From the NCBI GenBank assembly GCA_013239625.1, contig MU053561.1, positions 2,155,818 to 2,219,817 of the forward strand: a stretch of 64,000 nt of DNA, in the 5' to 3' direction. Under the pieces are notes generated by a model. The model saw only the letters and a program-made list of their open reading frames with translations, had not been told where the DNA came from and did not search any database. Below are positions 12,739 to 24,114 of this stretch, one piece after another (position 1 is the first letter of the stretch; every line of letters begins with the position of its first letter). This DNA comes from Lama guanicoe. Lineage: Eukaryota. The translations under genes were made by a program, and so were the position numbers.

Positions 12739-13099
12739 TGCTCTCAGATTAGGACAGTACATCATTTATCTTCAGATCATGTATGTAACTGATTATATCT
12801 GCCTCGTTATATAGAAAGGTGAGATTTCTTTCTGGTTTTGCAATCTGCCTGTGATGCAAACTGTAGTCTGGTTTAATGCTTTTTCAACAATAAAAATGTT
12901 TTCTTTCTCTGCTGCATGTGTGGAGAGGATTTTCTGAGATGACAGGAGATTTTGTTTCTAATTTTTTCCCCCAATAATCATAATTTCCATGATTTTCTTG
13001 ACTTTCTCCTCCTAATTATAAGATGTTCCATGCATTGCATCTCCACATGAAAAGTCCAAACTCAGAAAGTAAAGAGACGTATCTTCAGGTGTGGGTATA

Positions 13100-16000
13100 T
13101 TTGGACACTCTACTAGGTATGTAGTGGTATCTCATTGTAGTTTTAATTTGTTGTGCTAATGATGTTGAGCATTTTTTCAGGACCTTAGCTTTTCAGTACA
13201 ATGCCAACTATAGGTTCTTCATATACGTCCTTTAGCAGGTTAAGAAAGTTCCTTTCTATTTTTTGTTTGCTACGAGCTTATTTGTCATCCTTACACCTTC
13301 TTTAAAGTGACGCGTCTGTTAACTCTTTTGCCTAGTTTTAAACTGGTTGCACATTACCTTATTGTTGAACTTTTAGAATGTATTACATAATCTAGATACA
13401 AGTCCTTTAGCAAATATATACTTTGCAAAGATTTTATTCCAGTGTGTGACTTGTCTTTTTATCATTTCATTACATTTTCTCTCATTCTCTTTCAAATGTC
13501 TCTCAAACAGAGATGTTCTTAATTTTTAGACCAACTGATCAATTTGTTCTTTTATGGATTATGCTTTTGGTATAATATCTGAGAAATCTTTGCCTAGCCC
13601 AAGGCCACAGATTTTCTCCTATGTTTTCTACTAAAAGTTACATATTTTTAGGTTTTAAATTTAGGTCTATAATCCACTTTGAGTTGATTTTTGTAATTGG
13701 ACACAGAAATCCAATGATTCTAGCAGTTTTTGTTGAAAAGCCTACCTTTTCTCATTGCACTGCCTTTGTACCTTTGTCAAAAATCAGCTTGCCTATATAC
13801 ACACATATACGTATATGGGCCCCCCCCCCAGATTCTCTTCTGTTTCATTGATGCTATTTGTCTTCCAGTTACTATTATCTATTACACCAATACCACCTTG
13901 TTTTGATTATGAAAGCTTTATAATAAATCTTGAAATCAGGTAGTATTAGGCCTTCAACTTTGTTCTTTTTCAAACTTGTTTCGGTTATTCTAGGTTCTTT
14001 GCATTTCCATATGAACTTCAGAGTTTATTAATTTCCACCAAAAAGAGCCTCCAGGGATTTTACTGGGATTGTATAAGCATAGATCAGCTGAGGGAGAATT
14101 AACAGTGTAATACTGAGTTTTCAGAACCACACACAAAATGACTCGCTCTCCATTTATTTAGGTCTTTAATTTCTCTCAGCAATATTTAATTCTCAGTGTA
14201 CAGGTCTTGTATGAGTTTTGGCAAGATTTATCCCCAAATATTTCGTATCTTATGCTATTATTATAAGTGGCATTTTTGTTTTAATTTCTGCTTGTTCACT
14301 GCTAGTATATACCACTGACTTTAACATACTGATTGTCTACTTGCAACCCTGCTAAATTCACTTATTAGTTCTAGGAGCTTTTTGAGAAACTCCACAGGAT
14401 TATTATACAGTACAATCATAGCCTCTTAAAAAAAAAGAGGTAGTTTCATTTCTTCCTTTTCAGTCTGGATGTCTTTTATTTCTTCTTCTTGTCTGATTGT
14501 ACTGGTGAGAACCTCCAGTACAAGGCTAGATAGAAGTGAATAGATATTCTTGTCTCATTCCTGATCTTCTGAGCATTTTTTCAGGATCTTAGCTTTTCAG
14601 GACAATGCCAGCTATAGGTTCTTCATATATGTCCTTTAGCAGGTTAAGAAAGTTCCTTTCTATTTTTTGTTTGCTAAGAGTTTTATCAGAAATGGATGTT
14701 GGATTCTCTCAAATGATTTTTCTGTGTCTACTGAGGTGATCATAAGGTTTTTCTCTTACAGTTCATTGACTGATTTTTAGTTGTTAAGCCAAGCCTCCAT
14801 ACCTGGAATAAACCCACTTGGGTCATGATGTATTATCTATTTAGTATGTTGTTAGATTTGATTTACTAGCATCTTTTTAAGCTATTTTATAGCTATGTTC
14901 ATGAAGGATTTTAGTCTTATTTTCAGTGAGCTCTCTGCTGTCATTCTTATATTTGCTCCTTTTGTCTAACTTGTCTTTTTCCTCTGGTTGCTTCTAAAAT
15001 TTTTGTCTTTATCACTATTTTTGAGCACTTTGATTACAAAGTGCCTTGGTTGAGGTCTTCATGTTTCTTGTTCTTGAAGTTTGTTCAGCTTCCTCATATG
15101 TGGGTGTAGTGTTTACATCAAGTTTGGAAAGATTGTGGCCAGTTTTTTTTTCCTTCATCCCTCCGTCCTTCCCTTCAGAGAGACTCCATATATATACATA
15201 CATGTGCAGTTGTTACACAGCTCACTGACGCTCTTTTCATTTTTATGATTCTTTTCTTTGCTCATTTCATTTTGATTTCTACTGTTATGCCTTTAACTTC
15301 ACTAATCTTTTTTTCTGCAATGTCTAATCTGCTCTTAATCTTATATGGTATACTTTTCCAATTCAGACCCTGTAGTTTTAACTTCTAGAAGTTTGATTTG
15401 GGTTTAATATCTTCCATGTCTCTACTTAACTTTTTGAATATATGGAATATAGTTATAATAATTGTTGTTTGCTAATTCTAACATGTATGTAAGTTCAAAG
15501 TTAGTTTCAATTGATTATTCTTACGATAGGTCATGTTTTCCTGCTTCTTTGCATACATGATATCTTTGAGTGGATGACAGACATTGTGGATTTTACCTTG
15601 TTGGTTGCTGGATATGTTTTTATTACTATAAATCCTGAGTTTTGCTCAGGAATACAGTTACTGGGAAACAGTTCGATCCTCTCAGGTCTTGCTTTCACAG
15701 TTTGCTGTGCAGACCCAAAGCCTGTAGATAATCCCCCACTACAGGCAGGACTGTCCTCAGTACTCCACTCAGGGTCCTGTGAGTTAGGAGTTTTCTCAGT
15801 CAGGCAACTGAAACCAGGTACTGCTCCTGGTCCTGTGCGATCATAATAAACTGAACCCTTTAATCCCTCACAGGTGATTCTTTCCTTTAACTCAGGCAGT
15901 TTCTTCATTCTGCTGAATGCTCCAGGGGGCTCTCCTGGGTTCTCTCTGTACACCTCTCCCCTCTCTGCTACTCTCCTATGAACACTAGCTATCTTGGCTT

Positions 16001-16290
16001 CCTTGGACTCACAGCTCCATCTCCTCAAGGGATCTGCTAGACTCTGCCTCAGGTCCCTCTCCCTGTGCAGTGGACTGGAAACTCTATCAAAACAGCGAGC
16101 TGGGGCAAACACAGGGCCTTACCCGGTTTGTGCCGTGTCCCATCTCTCAGACACTACAGTCCTTCACTGCCTCTTGTCCAGTGTTTTGAAAACCATTGTT
16201 TCATACACAGTTTATCTGTTTGTTTCAGAGGGAAGGGTAAATCGGATCCCTGATATCCCACCTTGGAGGAAACAAAACCCTGCCTTCCAT
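13100..16290 (-). mobile_element. Old, deleted L1M element(s): ORF2 remnants plus 5' region
   Basis: Reverse ORF2 hallmarks gtagtggtatctcattgtagttttaatttg, ggttctttgcatttccatatgaac, cctggaataaacccacttgggtcatgatgtattat. 15000-16290 resembles an L1M 5' part. Confidence 0.75.
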
Positions 16291-16834
16291 CTTAAAATAC
16301 ATTGTCAAATGATTTGCTGAACACCATTAACTATGTTTATGGAATCCCTTACCCTCTATCATTAACCCAGCTCAAAAAGAACGTGCGATGCTGTTCAGCA
16401 AGAACCTGTTCTTAGGCACCCTTTCTGCTCTTCCTGATCACTGATCCCTAAGAAAGGCTTCATACCACGACTTTCTAGAATTTCATGAAAATGGATATTA
16501 AATTAATCTATCTTTATTTTCCTCAATCCAACTTTTCCCTTCTTTAAAGTTTTATAAATCTGTTCTGTTTCTTTCCATCATTCCTGAAAGAACATTAACA
16601 TTGATTACAAAATCACATTTGTAGTAGTACCTTGATATGTAATTTCTTTGGATCCTGGCAATCATTTAAAACAAGTTACTTCTGTCCCTTTGGGGCTCCA
16701 GTTTCCTCTCAGTCATACCTGTTTTCCCTTCATTACATTCCAGGGCAAGCTATAGGGGTTGGAGTTAAAGTACAGATGCTTTGGCATTTTATCTTATGAT
16801 TCCCTTTGTAGCACACCATTGCTCCTCTAAGTTT

Positions 16835-17167
16835 CATTGTGGTAAAAACATGTAACATAAAATTTACCATCTTAACCATTTTTAAATTCAGTAGTTAAGT
16901 ATATTCACATTGCTGTGAAATGTATCTCCAAAACTTTTTCATCTTGCAAAACTGAAACTCTATACCTTTTAAACAACAACTTCCTTTTTGTCTCTCCCCA
17001 GCCTCTGGTAAACCACCTTCAACTTTCCTTTTGTATGAATATGATTACATTCATATTCTTCACATATATTCATATATACTTCACATAAATGGAATCATAA
17101 CAGTATTTGTCTTTTTGTGATTGGCTTACTTCACGTCACATAATGTCCTCAACGTTCATCCATATAG
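16835..17167 (-). mobile_element. L1MB-like 3' end
   Basis: aacataaaatttaccatcttaaccattttt...aactttttcatcttgcaaaactgaaactctata. Degenerate TSD ttgctcctctaagttt / ttgctgctctgatttt. Confidence 0.8.
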
Positions 17168-18759
17168 TTGCTGCTCTGATTTTGATTCTAGACGCCTATC
17201 TTCCATTATTTCTAGTGAATATTCTTTAGTCAGGCTTGTTTCCTTACTGTCTTTTTAAAGAAAGGTAGAATTTATTATCTCAAGCGGGAGCCCTCTTTTC
17301 ATGAAATGACTTTCTGCTTCCCATCACCTATTAATATCTTATATATCATTTAATATCATTTCGATCTTTTCTCATGACCACTCTAGCTCACACCAAAGTT
17401 TTCTTCTCTGAATTTCCAAAACATTTAGATTCTATTTAGCACCTGACTATATATACTTTGCACTTCTACTGAATTTGCCCATGACCAGAAGAGATTTCTT
17501 AACTAGACTACATGCTCCTTGTGAGTAGAGAACATGTTTCATACACTTTAATTTTCAAATAGCACAATCCTGAGAAGAGAGCAGCTACTTAAGAAATACT
17601 TATTGACTCGACTTAAGTTTGTAAAACAGCCTCAGGGGTAAGTGAGCAGAGAATAGCAGATAACAGGAGATTCAGCGCTACTTTTCTCATCCAGCTGAAA
17701 AAACAGTCTTTCTCTAATGGTTGAAAGTTAACTTTAGGATACAGTTACAGAAAAGAAAAAATATAAAACATAAAAGATAAATGGAAGGGAATAGTGGCTT
17801 TGTTTTTGAGTCTTCCCTCTTGAACTACTTTTTCCTGTCTAAGAATCCTGACCTCGACCATCTATCTCATTGATTCTTCCTCTCTCACAACTTTATTACT
17901 CAGATACTTTTGATGACAAACCTGAGTCATACTATTCTTGATGCTTTGTTGACAAAACCATTATCAGAACTGCCTTTGAACTTACTTCAAAACCTTGTTC
18001 ACTAGGGAATTACCTTTAATGGTCTGATAGCTGGCTAACTATACATTCATTTGCTTACACTGAGAATAACTTTACAGGCAGAGGAAGATAACAGTAGCTA
18101 TAAAAAGAACCGGAACTACTGGAGGATGTGATAACATCAGTCTCCCAGACGACAGTTTACTAGCTTCTTCCCCTCCTTCCTCTACTCCTCAATATTTTAT
18201 TATGAAACTTTCAAACCTACAGAAACTTTAAAAGAGTTTACAGTGAAACCCATATATACTTACTTTCTAGACACTACAATTACCATTTTGGTATGTTTCT
18301 TTATCACAAATCTATTACTCTATTCATGTATTACTAGCTTCTTCATAAAACTAAAATATTCCCCCTAGAAAAAGCAGCTAACTAGCAAACCCAGCTAATA
18401 TCGAGAAAAATATGCTAGTAAAATTGCTTGCAAACGGAGAAACAGAAGTCTCACTGGAATTTTTTTTTAAACCAGGACAAACTTAGAACAATAAACTTCA
18501 TGCAACAATTTTACTTGAGTTTTGAGAGGAAAACTGTTGCCACAGATTTTAGCTTCTACAGTTCTTTCTTTGACATCTTTGCTTTAAGAAGCACCAAGAT
18601 TTAAAACATTTAGAATTTTATTTAGTAGCAAATTAGATGACATTAGGTACTTTAAAGGGAAGAATTAAAAAATTCCTAGACAGGAAAAATTAAGAGCAAG
18701 CCACTTATGTGTAGCCAAATGGTAAGCATAATTTCTTTTTTCCTTTCAAAAACATATGA

Positions 18760-19150
18760 CTAATGGATCACCAAAAAGTGAATAAACAAAACGTGAAGTG
18801 AATAAACAAAATGTGACATCGCTATACAATTGCATACTTACCGAGAGAAAGGAATGAACTACTGATACATGCAACAACACTGACTGAGCTAAAAAAATAT
18901 TATGCTGAAAAGAATGCCAGGCAAAAATAAGTATTTAATGCATGATTCCAATTCTATGAAATTCTAAAACAGGCAACCTATAGTGACAGAAAGCAGCTAT
19001 GTGTTCAGGGTTGGGGTGGAACTCATTGCAAGACTAGGATGGAAATGTTCCATCTTACCTATGGCATTAGTTACTCAGGCGTACATATTTGTCAAAATAC
19101 AATGAACTGTACACTTAGAATACTTCAGTAAAGCCAATTTTTAAAGTTAA
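18760..19150 (+). mobile_element. L1MB/MC-like 3' fragment
   Basis: aaaggaatgaactactgatacatgcaacaaca...tgattccaattctatgaaattctaaaacaggcaa...gtgacagaaagcag. Confidence 0.7.
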
Positions 19151-19575
19151 GAAAAAAAGACTGATAGAAAAGGAAAATAATCTTACGTTTTATTGCTACA
19201 TAACTACAATTTGAGTTTTAGCTCCCTCTACTGTAGCAAAAGAAAACTGGCAAGGATATTTCAAAGTACAGAAGTTTGGAAACTGAAAAAAAATGCTTAT
19301 TTAAATAGTGCAAGTAGAACTCACTCAGGGTGTGTGTGTCCCCTAGTGTCTATTATCTGGATTGCACTGACACTGTGGTTAAGTCCTAGCCTGTTAGGTT
19401 AAGACCTAATAATGGTCCTTCATTATTACCATCTCAGGACACTGGACTACATGAATACAGCAGTTAAGCCATCATTTGCCTACCTGATCTCATGGTACAC
19501 TAGCTACTCCTTTTCAGTATAGGAATTCCTTGCTCCCTGACTGCTTCTGTAAGTGGTCTACGGAGTCACAGGTGT

Positions 19576-19764
19576 CACTGATTCTCAAAGTGCAATCCTC
19601 CAGACCAGCAGCATCAGTATCACCTTCGAACTTGTTAAAAATGCAGATTCTCAGAACCCACTCTAGACCAACTAACCAGGAACTGAGGCAACGGAGCCCA
19701 GCAATCCGTGTTTTGAGAAGCTTTCCAGGCGATTCTGGTGCATGCCCAAGTTTAAGAACCGCTG
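19576..19764. mobile_element. MER5A hAT-Charlie MITE
   Basis: ttctcaaagtg...ccagcagcatcagtatcacc...cttgttaaaaatgcagattctcag...gtttaagaaccgctg. Confidence 0.85.
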
Positions 19765-20406
19765 CGCTCGGTTTACCAACTCTGTGTGACTCCTAACACC
19801 GGTCAGTCTGTGCTGTTTTGGCTTCTCTCCTTCACGTGGGCATCTGAACCTTCAACTCTCTACTGAAAACAGATCAACTGCCCCGACTACCCCACTTTTC
19901 ACAGATTGACTTGGGCCATTTCCTCTTGCTTTATTAATTCCTTGACTCACTCATTTTTAGCTATATTCTAGCACTAACTGAATTCTGAGTTCAAGCCCTG
20001 AGCCTCAAGCAGGAAATAAGTCTATTATTCTCTTCTTCCTACTCCAATTTTTGTAAGATCTTAAAAAATTGCTGCTTTAAGTCAACTCTGTCTCTTGGAA
20101 TCAAATGATTCAATCTTTTATTCCACAAATAATACTGAAACAAGAATGTGCGGCCCCACCGTTGATGCTGGGGATACAGTAACTCACATAAAATCGCTGC
20201 CTCCTGGGGTCTATATTCTAGGTTGGGGGAATGATGCCCGAGGAAATCCTACAATACGTCAGAGGAGAGGTGCTATGGAGAAAGTTAAACTAAGGGAAAA
20301 TGAGGGACTAAGGGGGCAATTTGAAATTTTATATAGGATAATCAGGAATGTCCTAATATATACTTAGAAATTATAAAGTGATACAATTAAAAACTACTGC
20401 TTAAGA

Positions 20407-21709
20407 CCTGAAACTGTGAAACTCCTAAAAGAAAACAGAGAAAGAGTTCCTTGACATGGGTCTTGGTAATGACTTTTTGGATATGACACCAAAAGCAAAA
20501 GCAATGAAGGCAAAAATAAATAAGTGGAACTAGATCAAACTAAAAAGCTTCTGCACAGCAAAGAGAAATCATCCAAAAGATGAAAAGGCAACCTACAGGA
20601 GAAAATAAAAATATATAAAGAACTAATGCAACTCAATAGCTAAAAATCAAATAATCCAATAAAAAAAATAGGCAGAGGAACCGAATAGACATTTTTCCAA
20701 AAAGACATACAAATGGCCAACCACCGGTACATGTGAAGATGCCCAACATCGCTAATCATCAGGGAAATGCAAATCCAAACCACAATGAGATACCACCTCA
20801 CGCCTGTCAGAACAAGTATTATCAAAAAGACAAGAGGTAAGTGTTGGTGAAGATGTGGAGAAAAGGAAACCCTGTGTACTGTTGGTGGGAATGTGTATTG
20901 GCACAGCCACAGTATGGCAGTTCCTCAAAGAACTAAAACTAGAACGACCGTATGATCCAGCAATCCTACTTTTGGGTATATATCCAAAAGAAATGAAAAC
21001 AAGATATCAAAGAGATACTTGCACTCCCATGTTTACTGCAGCATAAGCCAAGCTTCACAGTAGCCAAGATAAGCAAACAACCCAAGTGTCCCTTAACAGA
21101 TGAATGGATAAAGAAGATGTGTTATGTGTGCGTATGCGTGTGTATATATATGCCACACTGTTTATAACAGCAAAAAACTAGAACCAACTTAGATATCTAT
21201 ATATACACACTAGTCATTCAGCTATGAAAAAAGGAAAACTGCCATTTGCAACAACATAGATGGAACTTGAGTGCATTACAATTAAGTGAGATAAGTCAAA
21301 CACAAATATTGTTATGCTATCCATATGTGGAATCTAAAAAAGCTGAACTTGTGTAGAAACAAGAGTAGAATGGTGATTACGAGGGACTAAAGGGTAGGGT
21401 GGGGGGATTGGGCAGGTGTTAGTCAAGAGGTACAAATCTCAGTGAGAAGACAAATTCTGGGGATCTAATGTAGAACACTGCAATTAACAGTTAACAAATG
21501 CTGTATTATATACTTGGAAAGTTGCCAAGAGAGTAGATCTTTAAATGTTCTCACAACAAAAAAGAAATGGTAACGATGGGACGCGATGGAGGTGTTAGCT
21601 AGCATTATGGTGGTGATCACATTATAATATATAGGTGTATCGAGTCATCCCCTTGTACACCTTAAACTTACACAATGATACATGTCAATTATATCTCAAT
21701 AAAGCTGAA
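20407..21709 (+). mobile_element. L1MA-like element, 5'-truncated (end of ORF2 plus 3' UTR)
   Basis: atcaaactaaaaagcttctgcacagcaaa, gggaaatgcaaatccaaaccacaatgagataccacctcac, ending tatctcaataaagctgaaaaaaa. Degenerate TSD aaaaactactgcttaaga / aaaaatactacttaaga. Confidence 0.85.
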
Positions 21710-22667
21710 AAAAATACTACTTAAGAGCAGGGTACAGATGCAAATGGCCAATTTTTTTTCTTACATAACAAAGGCTAAAGATTTATTCAGCACATTTACT
21801 GAGTGCCTCATTTGTGTGCTAGGGAGGTGAGAATAGTTAAAAGGAAAAGTCCTTGCAGTTATGAAGCTCGCATTCTACTGGCGGAGACAGATAAAAAATA
21901 AACATATATGTCAGGTGGTGACAGTGCTATGACGGAAAATAAAGCAGGCCAAGTGGAGAGAATAATGGAGTACAGATGATACACACATGTAGGGCATGCT
22001 TTCACAGGCAAGGGTTCAAAAAATACAGCAATTATAAACGAAGGAGAGCGTGAATGCAATGTGTAAGTTTCTGGCTGTCAGGATTACTACTACATTTACA
22101 GGCGTATCCCTAGCATGTGACACAGCAGTGGCACATACGACTGTAGTGTGGGTTTGAGGAGTCTTGTGTGTAAGCGGTCCCACAGGTGCAGTCACCCTCT
22201 TGTCACCTTTCACAGCACCTCAGTTTAATGACGAAAGAAAAAAAAAAACAAAGCCTCAAGCTCTTTGAATTCTTCCCTTACCGTTAAATGAGCATGGTTC
22301 TAACAGCTGAAGATGGGTCTCTGCGGGAAACAGCCCCTTCTGCCCCTCACCTGTTCCTCACTCCCATACTCAGTGTCTCATTTCCAGGTGACAATTAGTT
22401 GGCTAGAGATTTGAAACTTTTCTCTAAGTCTAAACTTAGATTATGCTTTGTACCCTTCTGTTAAAGATACATAGCTGGCCTTTTTTTTTTTTAACTAAAT
22501 AAACTACAGCCTTTCCTCTGGTCTCTGGGGGATGTGAGCTGATGGTCTTTAAAAAAAGTACCTGTACTTTATAATAATAAGCATATGTTGGATGAATTAT
22601 TTCATATTTTACATTGTATCATCACTATATTTTGATCACTATTTTCTCAATAAAGAAATAAAGCTCA

Positions 22668-23258
22668 CAGCAGCACTATTTACAATAGCCAAAACATGGA
22701 AACAGCCTAAATGTCCATCAACAGGTGACTGGATAAAGAAGATGTGGTGTATTTATACAATGGAATACTACTCAGCCATAAAAACCGACAACATAATGCC
22801 ATTAGCAGCAACATGGATGCTCCTGGAGAATGTCATTCTAAGTGAAGTAAGCCACAAAGAGAAAGAAAAATACCATATGAGATCGCTCATATGTGGAATC
22901 TAAAAAACAAAAACAAAAACAAACAAACAAACAAAAACAAAGCATAAATACAGGACAGAAATAGACTCATGGACAGAGAATACAGACTTGTGGTTACCAG
23001 GGGGGTAGAGGGTGGGAAGGGATAGACTGGGATTTCAAAATTGTAGAATAGATAAACAAGATTACACTGTATAGCACAGGGAAATATACACAAAATGTTA
23101 TGATAAATCACAGAGAAAAAAATGTGACAGTGAGTGTGTATATGTCCATGAATGACTGAAAAATTGTGCTGAACACTGGAATTTGACACAACATTGTAAA
23201 ATGATTATAAATCAATAAAAAATGTTAAAATAAATAAATAAATAAAAAAATAAAAAAG
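22668..23258 (+). mobile_element. Young camelid L1 3' end, 5'-truncated
   Basis: ORF2 C-terminus [16 protein letters not shown]...YHMRSLICGI* (stop 22901-22903), 3' UTR and A-rich tail. TSD aaagaaa(t/g)aaagctca at 22652-22667 and 23259-23274. Nearly identical to the 11.3-12.3 kb copy. Confidence 0.92.
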
Positions 23259-23719
23259 AAAGAAAGAAAGCTCAGATCTATAATAAAGAGCAAAGAGGTA
23301 GAATTAAGAATCCCAGGAAATTATAATAGTTTAAAAGGGTGAGCAAATGTTGACTTTTCTTTTTTCCAAATGCTAAATTTTTATTCTCATTTATTTCCCA
23401 AGAACCTCCAATTGACTTTTAATCTGTGTTCTTAAACTATAGGGAAAAAAGTGATTTATCCTGAGTTTATTCCAAATCACTTAAAATTCAAAATAATTTA
23501 AAATAGACTTTAAAAAAAAGTCTTCTCATTCAAACCTTACTTCAAGTATTATCTAAATGTTTCTTTACTTCTCAAATATTCTCTTGATTTGAACATTTAC
23601 AAGTTAGTTAATTTTCTGAGTTAGTTAATTTTCCCCAAATTTCCAGAGCTTTCTATCTGTGAGAAGTTTTGTATAGAGTTAGCTCCCTGGGCTTATTTTG
23701 TTTAATTAAAGTTATCATA

Positions 23720-24112
23720 GTTAAAATGCTTATGCCCTTTGATCCAGCCATTTTACTTCTAGAAATCTAATCAATATTTATATTCAACATAGGGAGCAGA
23801 GATACATGTAAAAGGGAATTCACTGCCACACTGTTTATAACAGCAAAAAACTAGAACCAACTTATACACCTACAACAGGGTACTGATTAAATCAATCAGG
23901 ATCTATTCCTTGCTGGATTCATATACGTCTACATGTAAACTTTTTCTAGACAAAGAGTAAGACAAAAACATGCAAGTTGCAGAATAGCAGGTATATGTGA
24001 TCGTGTATGTGGCGGAAAAATAAAAGGCTACTAAAGGATATACGTTATAAATTTGTATGTTTGTATATGCCCAGAAAATTTCTAAAAGGATACATCAAGA
24101 ACTGTTTAATAA
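23720..24112 (+). mobile_element. L1ME-like 3' fragment, host of the Tigger2 insertion (continues at ~27483-27600)
   Basis: cccttttgatccagccattttacttctag...ctgtttataacagcaaaaaactagaaccaac...aaaggatacatcaagaactgtttaataata | gttatctttggg. Confidence 0.65.
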
Positions 24113-24114
24113 TA

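Larger units (their letters stand above)
10880..12976 (+). mobile_element. ERV1 solo LTR (MER34/MER39-like), interrupted by a young L1 and a MER8-like MITE
   Basis: aaacctcttgccagc...aggaatgtttttctt | aaaaggcctgggagccatgcctttgaaatgtaa reads continuously once the L1 is removed. AATAAA at 12889-12894 and a terminal gtggagagg...ggagattttgttt...cccca. Confidence 0.7.

Noticed and set aside
15531..16112. 193 aa minus-strand ORF
   Set aside because: Non-ATG start, lies in a decayed L1 5' region, and shows no protein family signal.
18776..18816. Short 17-20 bp tandem duplications (also ~23602-23634, ~57745-57781, ~62235-62280)
   Set aside because: Ordinary replication slippage with two or three copies and no spacer structure.
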